A stretch of DNA of 63,768 nucleotides, the filler included, from Octopus bimaculoides (taxonomy: Eukaryota), in the NCBI RefSeq assembly GCF_001194135.2. It is 6 parts of 6 records of this genome, joined end to end, with 100 filler letters (N's around TTAATTAATTAA, not from the genome) between each part and the next. Parts side by side here need not be neighbours in the genome. Positions count along the whole stretch, not along the records: positions 1 to 16,822 come from NC_069010.1; positions 16,923 to 44,532 come from NC_069003.1; 4 more parts are not named here. One strand, 5' to 3'. The notes beneath the pieces were generated by a model, which searched no databases, was not told the DNA's origin, and saw nothing but the letters and a program-made list of their open reading frames with translations. Position numbers and translations under genes: made by a program. Every line of letters starts with the position of its first letter. Within the stretch, counting starts at the first letter, position 1. Positions 12,341 to 24,737 of this stretch are shown here, piece by piece.

Positions 12341-12914
12341 GTTCCATTCATTTTTCAATAATTCCCAGAGTTCATCTTGGTCCCTTGGATTTCTCTTTCA
12401 TGCTCCATCTCCAATAACCTTGTGCCTGACTGTTGTCTTAACCCTATAAACTTATAAATCATTCTAAATCAAAATTCCATGCTGCATCAGGGAACAGGTC
12501 GTGGTCTCGAAGCGACGAAAATATTCTGGGTGATGCAGCACAGAATTTTGTCAGTGAACAGGTCATGGCCTGAAAGCAATGAAAATATTTTGGCAAATTA
12601 AATTTAAATGTTGCAGTGAATCTAACGGCTTTTGTGCATTTCTTAAATGGCTTATAAACACCTTCCACGCTGCAATTGTTTTCGTTCCAGCACACGATCT
12701 GCGATCAGGTCACTTGCTATGCAAGTACATCTCCGCTGTTTAACAGAACATTATCTATCAACTGGGTACCTGAAAAACACAAATGCAACGTGGTTAAAAC
12801 TTTGATCACCACTTTGGTGAACATATCCCATAGATTACCTTTCTAGTAAATTTTTGAAATTGTAAGATGACTTTATGGATACTCTGTATATCTGTTTATA
12901 TATGTATGTATATA

Positions 12915-13253
12915 CTCTTTTACTCTTTTACTTGTTTCAGTCATTTGACTGCGGCCATGCTGGAGCACCACCTTTAGCCGAGCAAATCGACCCCAGGATT
13001 TATTCTTTGTAAGCCTAGCACTTATTGTATCGGTCTCTTTTGCCGAACTGCTAAGTTACGGGGACGCAAACACACATATACATATATACGACGGGCTTCT
13101 TTCAGTTTCCGTCTACCAAATCCACTCACAAGGCTTTAGTCGGCCCGAGGCTATAGTAGAAGACGTTTGCCCAAGGTGCCACGCAGTGGGACTGAACCCG
13201 GAACCATGTGGTTGGTAAGCAAACTACTTACCACACAGCCACTCCTGCGCCTA
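12915..13253 (-). mobile_element. SINE family B with internal deletion
   Basis: tRNA head ggcgcaggagtggctgtgtggtaag (minus), CORE-like ggcaccttgggcaa, tail tgactgaaacaagtaaaagagt. Confidence 0.9.
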
Positions 13254-13609
13254 TATATATCCATTCTTAAACAGTATTTTCTTGTTTACTTGTCACATAA
13301 CCAGATTTGTTTGCCAGCAGCACCAAAATGCTCACTGGTCAAATTTTTTGTTCCATCTATAAATTTCTTTGATTTCTTTATTCCTAGATTTGTTAGATTA
13401 ATTTTAGGGTTAGAAGGGGTCAGGGTTGGTTTTGTTTTGTTTGGTTATTTATTATCAAAACTAATTAGTCTGGATGTCATCGTTTGTGTTCGTTAGGATT
13501 AGTTTGTGTTTAAAATGGAATTAATTTGTGAAAAGATTAGAAGTCATACGTCATGGAAGAACAATTAATTATTATTCTCTAATGAATTTGTTAATATTGT
13601 TGTTGTGCT

Positions 13610-14253
13610 AAGGCGGAGAGCTGGCAGAATCGTTAGCACGCCGTCCGAAATGCTTAGCAATATTTCGTCAGCCGTTACGTTCTGAGTTCAAATTCTGCTG
13701 AGGTCGACTTTGCCGTTCATCCTTTCGGGGGGTCGATAAATTAAGTACCAGTTTCGCACTGGGGTCGATGTAATCGATTTAATCCCTTTGTCTGTCCTTG
13801 CTTGTCTCCTCTATGTTTAGCCCCTTGTCGGCAATAAAGATATAAGAAACATTAGCACGACGGGCGAAATGTTTAGCGGTATTTTGGCTCTCTTTACGTT
13901 CTGAGTTCAAATTCAGCCAAGGTCGACTTTGCCTTTCATTCTTTCTGGGTCGATAAATTAAGTACCAGTTGATAAATTAAGTACCTGTTATGCACTGGGG
14001 TCGATCTAATCAACTGGCACCCTCCCAAGAAATTTCGGGCCTTGTGCCTTGAGTAGAAAAGAATATAGAAACGTAAGCAGGCCGGGCAAAATGCTTAGCA
14101 GTATTTCGTCTGTCTTAAACATTCTGAGTTCAAATTCCACCCAGGTCTACTTTGCCTTTCATTCTTTCCGGGTTGATAAATTAAGTACCAGTTGCACACT
14201 GGGGTCGCTCTAATCGACTGGCCCCCTTCTCCAAAATTTCGGGGCCTTGTCCC
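13610..14253 (+). mobile_element. Three head-to-tail SINE family A copies
   Basis: Copies at 13610-13844, 13845-14066 and 14067-14253; the second and third start at agaaac(a/g)t(t/a)agc. Confidence 0.9.
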
Positions 14254-14869
14254 NNNNNNNNNNNNNNNNNNNNNNNNNNNNNNNNNNNNNNNNNNNNNNN
14301 NNNNNNNNNNNNNNNNNNNNNNNNNNNNNNNNNNNNNNNNNNNNNNNNNNNNNNNNNNNNNNNNNNNNNNNNNNNNNNNNNNNNNNNNNNNNNNNNNNNN
14401 NNNNNNNNNNNNNNNNNNNNNNNNNNNNNNNNNNNNNNNNNNNNNNNNNNNNNNNNNNNNNNNNNNNNNNNNNNNNNNNNNNNNNNNNNNNNNNNNNNNN
14501 NNNNNNNNNNNNNNNNNNNNNNNNNNNNNNNNNNNNNNNNNNNNNNNNNNNNNNNNNNNNNNNNNNNNNNNNNNNNNNNNNNNNNNNNNNNNNNNNNNNN
14601 NNNNNNNNNNNNNNNNNNNNNNNNNNNNNNNNNNNNNNNNNNNNNNNNNNNNNNNNNNNNNNNNNNNNNNNNNNNNNNNNNNNNNNNNNNNNNNNNNNNN
14701 NNNNNNNNNNNNNNNNNNNNNNNNNNNNNNNNNNNNNNNNNNNNNNNNNNNNNNNNNNNNNNNNNNNNNNNNNNNNNNNNNNNNNNNNNNNNNNNNNNNN
14801 NNNNNNNNNNNNNNNNNNNNNNNNNNNNNNNNNNNNNNNNNNNNNNNNNNNNNNNNNNNNNNNNNNNNN

Positions 14870-15190
14870 CATCATCATCGTTTAACGTCCGCCTTCCATG
14901 CTAGCATGGGTTGGACGATTTGACTGAGGACTGGTGAAACCAGATGGCTACACCAGGCTCCAATCTGATTTCTCAGAGTTTCTACAGCTGGATTCCCTTC
15001 CTAACGCCAACCACTCCAAGAGTGTAGTGGGTGCTTTTTACGTGCCACTGGCATGAAGGCCAGTCAGGGGGTACTGGCGATGGCCACGCTCGAAATGGTG
15101 TTTTTTATGTGCCACCTGCACAGGAGCCAGTCCAAGCGGCACTGGCAATGATCTCGCTCGAATGTCTTTACACGTGCCACTGGCACAAGT
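14870..15190 (-). mobile_element. LINE 3' UTR/tail with V-domain-like motif
   Basis: Minus strand: ggagtggttggcgttaggaagggaatccagctgtagaaac...catggaaggcggacgttaaacgatgatgatg. Confidence 0.8.
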
Positions 15191-16107
15191 GCCCAGCAGG
15201 AGAAGATACTGTTTGAATACACGTCGTATTCTTAATGAAACAATGAATGATTGTTTTATTAAATGTTGATATAATCGTTATTATATTTATTGTAGCTATG
15301 ACTTACTTAGATATCTAAAATAGAGCATGACATTGAAGGCTTTGAAGTAATATTATCTTTAAGTAAGAATAATTTGATTCATAATATTATCAGAATATGA
15401 AGTGATTAGAAAAAGGAAAATATAACTTTGGGTTAGGGGATTATTAATTTCAAGAATAAAATAAACAATTTCGATTAATAGAAAAAGTGATGCTTTTAAA
15501 ATCGAGATGTTAATTGAAGAAAAAGATAGAACATCCCCGATTAAGTTGAATAACTGCTGATTTTAACGTTTGCTGCAGTTTGAATTATGAGAATTAAAAG
15601 TTGATCACTAACATTCTTAATTTCAATTAGAGAGGGAAATGGAATTAATAATGGAAGCGATCCAGATAGAAGTGAAACTGGAGATGAGCATCTATCATTT
15701 TGATAGGAAGATATAATAATGAATGTGAATTATCAGGGGAAGGAAAATGGAATCGTAGACCTAAATGTCTTGTAGATCTAAATACATTGGGAATTATTCA
15801 TAAATGATTAAAATTGATAATTAATAAGAAATAATGACGAAACAATAAATGAATGTCCTCCAGTACTTTTGCTCAAAGATCAGGCAATTTGTATGTTAAT
15901 AATTTGTTTAAGAATTACTGAAGAAGAATTAAGAAAAGATGGGAAAATTCCAGTGATGTACTGATAATGGGAAGAGATTTGAGTACTAAGCTTGGGAATG
16001 GAGGTAAAAGTCTTTGTTGAATTATGATAACAAAACGAAGGGAAAATATCTATTATTTTATCAGCTGTATTTCATTTTCTTATCTCTTCGTTTTTGGTTA
16101 ATTATAG

Positions 16108-16407
16108 AATATTTGGAATAAAGATTGTTTGCCAACATAACATGGCAGTCCTGGTTTAGGATGAATGTTGCTGTAATTTAGCTCCAGGCGACATCGTCTC
16201 CAGCTGGCTATACAACACAATCTGTGTCCTTATATTTTCGAACAAGGGAATCTAGTACCCCCACTCAGGGGTTATTTCTCTTCATCAGCACAGAATAATT
16301 GTATAGCCAACTGGAGAGGATGTCTCCTGGGGCTAAATTACAGCAACATTCGTCGTAAACCAGGACTGCCATGTTATGTTGGCAAACAATCTTTACTACA
16401 AAGTATT
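16108..16407. mobile_element. Fold-back element, deleted relative of 50837-51252
   Basis: 97-bp inverted arms 16119-16215/16299-16395; arm sequence alignable to 50837-50988; CTGATGA on minus at 16282-16288. Confidence 0.85.
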
Positions 16408-16564
16408 GTTGCTGAATATCTCTCGTTATGAGATTTAGAAATAGTAATTTTCTAATTATAGAATATTTATTTGTATTATTTCACCATATGATAAATAAGC
16501 TAAATAATATTAGAGATCAATACAGAGAAATTTATATGATTCAATTTAAAAGAGATAATTAAGA

Positions 16565-16822
16565 TTAGCATGGAAAGCGGACGTTAAACGACGCCGCCGA
16601 TATATATGTGCTGTGCGTGAGAAGACCCGGCAAGCCAAGTGAGATCGTTGCCAGGGCCCTTGGACTGGCTCTTGTGCGGGTGGCACATAAGATGCACCAT
16701 TTTGAGCGTGACCGTTGCCAGTGCCGCCTGACTGGCCTTCGTAGGGTTTTCGAGTGAGATCGTTGCCAGTGCCCCTGGGCTGGCTCTTGTGCGGGTGGCA
16801 CATAAAAGACACCATTTCGAGC
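16565..16822 (+). mobile_element. LINE tail followed by a 3' UTR with internal tandem repeats (same family as 14870-15190)
   Basis: catggaaagcggacgttaaacg tail, then gagatcgttgccag...ggctcttgtgcgggtggcacataa repeated twice. Confidence 0.8.
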
Positions 16823-16922
16823 NNNNNNNNNNNNNNNNNNNNNNNNNNNNNNNNNNNNNNNNNNNNTTAATTAATTAANNNNNNNNNNNNNNNNNNNNNN
16901 NNNNNNNNNNNNNNNNNNNNNN
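16823..16922. other. Assembly join of unknown size: 44 N + TTAATTAATTAA + 44 N
   Basis: Identical 100-base construct also at 44533-44632, 52356-52455, 58299-58398 and 60441-60540; the linker has stops in all six frames. Confidence 0.95.
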
Positions 16923-17098
16923 TATATATATATATATATATATATATTTCTAGCGCTAGATAGACAGCTTGATGGATGGATGGATGGATGGATGGATGGA
17001 TAGATAGAAACAGAGGAAGTACGAAAGAAAGAAAGAAAAAGAAAGAAAAATGCACAAACAGATATAAAGGAAAATGGGAGACAGACAGACAGACAGAC

Positions 17099-17161
<63 letters not shown>

Positions 17162-17339
17162 TGCGTGCATGGTGTGTATGTGTATGTGTGTATGTGTGTG
17201 GTGAAAGCGGTAGCGTAGCCAGGTAGCTTATATACAAGGGTATGTAAACATAAAAGGGGTATATTAATATATAGGTCACTCACACTATTTTAGTCATAAT
17301 CTTCTCACGACATCATATTTGGCTACGAGCCTGCCTTTG

Positions 17340-18948
<1,609 letters not shown>

Positions 18949-19786
18949 NNNNNNNNNNNNNNNNNNNNNNNNNNNNNNNNNNNNNNNNNNNNNNNNNNNN
19001 NNNNNNNNNNNNNNNNNNNNNNNNNNNNNNNNNNNNNNNNNNNNNNNNNNNNNNNNNNNNNNNNNNNNNNNNNNNNNNNNNNNNNNNNNNNNNNNNNNNN
19101 NNNNNNNNNNNNNNNNNNNNNNNNNNNNNNNNNNNNNNNNNNNNNNNNNNNNNNNNNNNNNNNNNNNNNNNNNNNNNNNNNNNNNNNNNNNNNNNNNNNN
19201 NNNNNNNNNNNNNNNNNNNNNNNNNNNNNNNNNNNNNNNNNNNNNNNNNNNNNNNNNNNNNNNNNNNNNNNNNNNNNNNNNNNNNNNNNNNNNNNNNNNN
19301 NNNNNNNNNNNNNNNNNNNNNNNNNNNNNNNNNNNNNNNNNNNNNNNNNNNNNNNNNNNNNNNNNNNNNNNNNNNNNNNNNNNNNNNNNNNNNNNNNNNN
19401 NNNNNNNNNNNNNNNNNNNNNNNNNNNNNNNCAGACACATATAACTAAATATTAGATATATACGCATATATTTAAAAAGAAAAGCGGATGGCTACCCTGA
19501 ACATGGAAAGCAAGCTACAAGGGGGAGTTAGCGACTCGGGAGAATGACGACAAATGAAGACATGATTGATATTACCAAACAACACTCGATCGCGAAATCT
19601 TTTGTCTTACAGATTCAGAAATAGGGGACTTATATCAAGTTACTGATTTAGTGATAAAGATTAAAACTTTAATGTTTTATTGTTCGGTTTTGATTTGGTT
19701 TTCAGGGTCTTCAGAAGTGAAAGCGGTTGAATGTACACATTTGTCGTAAAGATGGACCCTCAGTTATTAAGATCTTACTCATTTTG

Positions 19787-19978
19787 TGACGTAACCAGCC
19801 GTTTTAAGTTTCGTTATATCATATTGATGATTGGCCCGAACCGTCACTTTAACGACAGTGTGACGCAAGCAGTTGTTGTGACGTCACTACAGCGTACGTG
19901 TATCATCGTCAACGAAATACTATGGCTAACAATTCTTACAAAGCATTGCATTATTTACGAAAGAGATGTGTGACGTCA
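19787..19978. promoter_or_regulatory. Cluster of CRE/ATF-type sites with a CCAAT box
   Basis: TGACGTAA 19787, ATTGG 19830, CGTCA 19842, TGACGCAA 19861, TGACGTCA 19879 and 19971. Confidence 0.45.
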
Positions 19979-20149
19979 CTAATATGTACGAAATCAGCTT
20001 AGCCGTGTTGATACGGTGTTGCTTTCGTTGTTTAGACCCAGGTCAGGTTTAATGGGACAGGGCGTTCTAGACGTGACAAACACATTTTTTTCCTTGTTAG
20101 TAACAGTAACGGTAAGGGTAAGGATAAAAGCCCCCGACTGTGGGAATGC

Positions 20150-20215
20150 ACCTAGAAAGTACCCCTCCGAGCACGGTAGTTTTATGGAAGACTAGCAGCC
20201 ACCTATGCACACCAG
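20150..20215 (-). mobile_element. Fragment of a third SINE family (homologous to 35040-35130)
   Basis: gcacctagaaagtacccctccgag...tttatggaagactagcagccacctatgc matches cacttagaaagttcccctccgtg...tttgtggaagaccagcagtcgcccatgc. Confidence 0.7.
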
Positions 20216-21155
20216 GTGATAAACAACAGGCCCCGTCAACCAAGTAACTTTCACAATCGAAGTCATCTCCGAACGCTCTGAACGATGACAGCCGAGGTCG
20301 TGAAGACTATAGCATCTACCATAATAAGTATTAAAAAAATACATGTAATAAATACACAAGCAAACGGAAAACAGACACAAAAGGTCGCCAAAACCTCATC
20401 AATTATTGGCCAAAGGATCTACGAAATTTCGCGCCTAAAAGTTTTTGCCTTTTATAGTGTTTGTTGTTTACTTATTATTTAATGGAGCTCGGCACACTGC
20501 TTCTTGTTTTGGTTATGGTATCTACCACTCAAGTGAGCCATGGCGGGATTTGAAGACAAAGCGCATCGAACCGGAACTAATACAATCCGGTTCAACATTC
20601 TTGCAATGCAGTCAGCCCACTGACCCAGATTATCGTTTGGTTGATGCATGTTTCAGTCATTGGATTGCGACCATGCTAAGGAGCAACCTGGATGAGTTTC
20701 GTGGAAGAAATTGACCCAATCCTTACGTTTATCTAAAGCCTGATATTCTATCGTTTCTTTTGCCGAAAACAAACCAACATCTCTCCCTCCCTCTGTCTCT
20801 CATCTGCTCTTTCGTTCTGTGTCTCTCACTCTCATTCTCTCTCTCCTTTCCTCTCAGTGATCGATATTCTACTAGGGTCAACGGGGAGTTAGCCAACAAG
20901 ATGTCTATGCCTGCTCGCGACTACTTCAAACAATTAGCGACAGCATGGTACAAGCTGATAAAGCATCGTATACTCGGCTGCAAGGCACAGTTAAGCTTAC
21001 ACACACACACACACACACACAAGCTTCTACACACACACACACACACATATACGCGAGCGCATGCATGCATATATATATACACATACATACATACATACAT
21101 ACATACATACATACATACATACATACATTCATACATACATAAATACATACATACA

Positions 21156-21445
21156 TGCTGAACTATTGAGAAATCTGCAGTTACTCTATCCAGATTACAG
21201 GTTCAGGTTTATACTGGGACCATGGGATATGTAACACACTGCCTAAATGCCAATCTTGAGAAAGTAGGCTCCTCAAAACCAGAAAGGAGACAGCTAATAT
21301 GAAGACTTCAGATCCAATCCATCACTTGAGCTGTAAAAATCTGTGAAACTTTCCAGAAGTTTATCATTTAAATATATATGAGCATGTCTAGATATGCAAC
21401 TATATGCTTGAAAATACATAGATAAAGCAAAATATACAAATCTGC
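21156..21445 (+). mobile_element. RLE-type non-LTR retrotransposon 3' end (decayed endonuclease C-terminus and 3' UTR)
   Basis: AELLRNLQLLYPDYRFRFI-(frameshift)-GTMGYVTHCLNANLEKVG...KICETFQKFII*; fits the K..KY..L / IP...G..G segment of RLE domains; flanked by (CATA)n. Confidence 0.7.
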
Positions 21446-22020
21446 ACATCCATCCATCCATCCATCCATCCATCCATCCATCCATACATACATACATACA
21501 TGCATACATATATACATATATACATACATACATACATACATACATACATACATGAAATTGCTATTAGGGACACCGTATTTCGTAATGTAACTATAATAAA
21601 CTATCGACTACATTCAAGGCTTGTATANNNNNNNNNNNNNNNNNNNNNNNNNNNNNNNNNNNNNNNNNNNNNNNNNNNNNNNNNNNNNNNNNNNNNNNNN
21701 NNNNNNNNNNNNNNNNNNNNNNNNNNNNNNNNNNNNNNNNNNNNNNNNNNNNNNNNNNNNNNNNNNNNNNNNNNNNNNNNNNNNNNNNNNNNNNNNNNNN
21801 NNNNNNNNNNNNNNNNNNNNNNNNNNNNNNNNNNNNNNNNNNNNNNNNNNNNNNNNNNNNNNNNNNNNNNNNNNNNNNNNNNNNNNNNNNNNNNNNNNNN
21901 NNNNNNNNNNNNNNNNNNNNNNNNNNNNNNNNNNNNNNNNNNNNNNNNNNNNNNNNNNNNNNNNNNNNNNNNNNNNNNNNNNNNNNNNNNNNNNNNNNNN
22001 NNNNNNNNNNNNNNNNNNNN

Positions 22021-22051
<31 letters not shown>

Positions 22052-22089
22052 ATGTGTGTGTGTGTGTGTGTGTGTCTTACTCAAGTATA

Positions 22090-22172
22090 CAACACGCAGT
22101 CCGGTCCAGGATTCGAACTCACAACCTCACGGTCGTAAGTTCGACGCTCTAACCACTGAGCCATGTGCCTTC
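22090..22172 (-). mobile_element. tRNA-derived SINE head (third family)
   Basis: ggcacatggctcagtggttagagc (A box, D arm) ... gagttcgaatcctgg (B box); acceptor stem does not pair, so not a tRNA gene. Confidence 0.75.
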
Positions 22173-22201
22173 ACATACACGCACACACACACACACATAC
22201 A

Positions 22202-22235
<34 letters not shown>

Positions 22236-22342
22236 CATGCATACATTGACGCATCAATACATACATGCATACATACATATCAATTTGCTTATCTGTCGAA
22301 GTCTTTTGACCCTGTTGAGGGAGATATTCTTTAAGTCTTGCA

Positions 22343-22680
22343 CTAGTGCCCAACCATTTTCTTTTTATCTATAGATCCCTTTAATTACTGTTCTATTCCC
22401 GTGGACCCCCCCCCCATAGCCATTCGATATTGAAGACAAAACTAATTTGATTAAGGATCCTTTTAAATTTCCTATTTATTTCTCCGCACATTAACTTGTG
22501 TAGGTCCAACTATGTAAAACGTTCGAGAATGAAGCTAAACTGTATCTTGCCATAAATACATCCTTTCACGGACCCTTAAAATGCTACTGTTGATCCTCAA
22601 TTTACTATTTTGCATGTGTGGGCTCCTAAAAGTCTTACAGGGACCGCCAGGAGTCATATGGACCCTGGTTGAGAACCGTC
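22343..22680. mobile_element. Decayed hAT-like MITE
   Basis: cccaaccatttt...atagatcccttt start and ggaccctggttgagaaccg end resemble caacca/tggttg-type TIRs; no TSD resolved. Confidence 0.35.
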
Positions 22681-23389
22681 ACCGTAGGATATTCTCAGAA
22701 ATGGTCGTCCGCGCAAATTCTAGAATTTTTGCCCCCGTTTCTATAAAAGGACGACGGTTGAAGTTGTTTACGGGGAACAGAATTAGAAGGTCTTCACTAT
22801 AAGAAAAAAAAAATGAGAGTCAGTCAAGGACGCGTGCTGTCTCCTAAACTGAACAATGTCTGCTTTCTCTGTATGGCAAAAATGTCACACAAAGGTAGAA
22901 AGACAGGTAAAGTCACACATAACTTCTGGCTCGATGGAAATCTTTTCAAACTCAGAAAAACCACAGACCACAATCAAGCCAAGATCTAAGCAAATAAATG
23001 AAGTTAATTGACATTGTTCAGCTAACCAATATTCCGGAAGTCCAACAAGCCATCATTTCGGCAGCCATTACAGCTTATAAGTTCATATATAAAGAACATG
23101 TATATATGCACATATATAAAGATATGTACATGNNNNNNNNNNNNNNNNNNNNNNNNNNNNNNNNNNNNNNNNNNNNNNNNNNNNNNNNNNNNNNNNNNNN
23201 NNNNNNNNNNNNNNNNNNNNNNNNNNNNNNNNNNNNNNNNNNNNNNNNNNNNNNNNNNNNNNNNNNNNNNNNNNNNNNNNNNNNNNNNNNNNNNNNNNNN
23301 NNNNNNNNNNNNNNNNNNNNNNNNNNNNNNNNNNNNNNNNNNNNNNNNNNNNNNNNNNNNNNNNNNNNNNNNNNNNNNNNNNNNNNNNN

Positions 23390-23422
<33 letters not shown>

Positions 23423-23425
23423 GTA

Positions 23426-23461
<36 letters not shown>

Positions 23462-23489
23462 TGTATGTATGTATGTATGTATGTATGTA

Positions 23490-23700
23490 TGTGTGTGTGT
23501 CTGTGCTTGCCCGCCCCCCTCGCTTGACAACCGATGCTGGTGTGTTTACGTCCCCGTAACCTAGCGGTTAGGCAAAAGTGACCGATAGAATAATTACTAG
23601 GCTTACAAAGAATAAGCTCTGGGGTGGATTTGCTCGACTTCAGGCGGTGCTCCAGCATGGCCGCAGTTAAATGACTGAAATAAGTAAAGAGTAAAAGAGT
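23490..23700 (+). mobile_element. SINE family B, 3' half
   Basis: cgcttgacaaccgatgctggtgtgtttacgtccccgtaac...gctccagcatggccgcagttaaatgactgaaataagtaaa. Confidence 0.9.
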
Positions 23701-23967
23701 ATGTATATACGTGTATATAAATATATATGTGTGTGTGTGTATGTATGTATATATATTAACATGTATGTATAACAATATAGTGTATGTATACTTGCCATAT
23801 TTTTTCTTCGTGTCAAGCACACGCTTCTTTTATCGCTTTATATTTCTATGTATAAGGCTACAAATTAAGAGAGCATTTGTTTCTCTCTAATTCTTTATGG
23901 TCCATATACCGAGATACTACAGTGACATTATTTCTTGCATCTACAGCAATATCTCTCAATATCACTA

Positions 23968-24028
<61 letters not shown>

Positions 24029-24539
24029 NNNNNNNNNNTATATATATATATATATATATATATAATACAAAGAATATATATACATGTATACACACATATA
24101 TGTACATACTTACATCTACATGTGTATATACATGCATATCAGGGTACAGGACGTTAGAACAATAAACTACAGACAACGGAACGAACACATAGGAAAACGG
24201 AAAGCCACTTGGAATATCCCTTCATCAGCTGTCTCTATTCTATCTAGACGTTTCGAAGACATATCAAAGAACTCTTCTACCCTTGTTTATATTTTAATTG
24301 CCGGCTATTCTGAAGGGGAATCCAGGTCGTAGACCCAATGAACGTCAATGTAAGACATGCCTGACCGGATAAGATTTTGCACGGCAACAGACACGAGTGT
24401 GAGTACTAACAACGGATGTAACGCAAGTAAGAGGATTCTTGATTCTGCGCAGAAAGAATTTGAAATGAAAATAATCAGCGTTCGATGCTCGGAGACATTG
24501 AAGAAATCTGAAGAATTGATAGATCCTTTCTTTGAGACA

Positions 24540-24737
24540 TGGCAGAATCGTTGGCGCGTCAGGCAAAATGTTTAGCAGCGTCGCGTCCGTCTTGAGATAG
24601 AATTCCGCCGGGGTTGACTTTGCCTTTCATCCTCTCGGGATCGATAAATTAAATACCAGTTGCGTACTGGGGTCGATCTAATCGACTAGTTCTCTTGCCC
24701 CAAATTTCAGGCCTTGTGTCTTTAGTAGAAAGGATTA
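24540..24737 (+). mobile_element. SINE family A
   Basis: tggcagaatcgtt...ttgactttgcctttcatcctctcgggatcgataaattaaataccag...agtagaaaggattatt. Confidence 0.85.

Noticed and set aside
15210-16080. Purine-rich AT segment resembling a decayed LINE
   Set aside because: No RT or endonuclease motif could be reconstructed in any frame.
16867-16878. TTAATTAATTAA repeated five times across the window
   Set aside because: Always centred in exactly 44+44 Ns; it is an assembly linker, not biology. Adjacency across these joins is uncertain.
22090-22172. tRNA-Val(UAC)-like sequence
   Set aside because: Has A/B boxes and a D arm but no acceptor stem; it is a SINE head.
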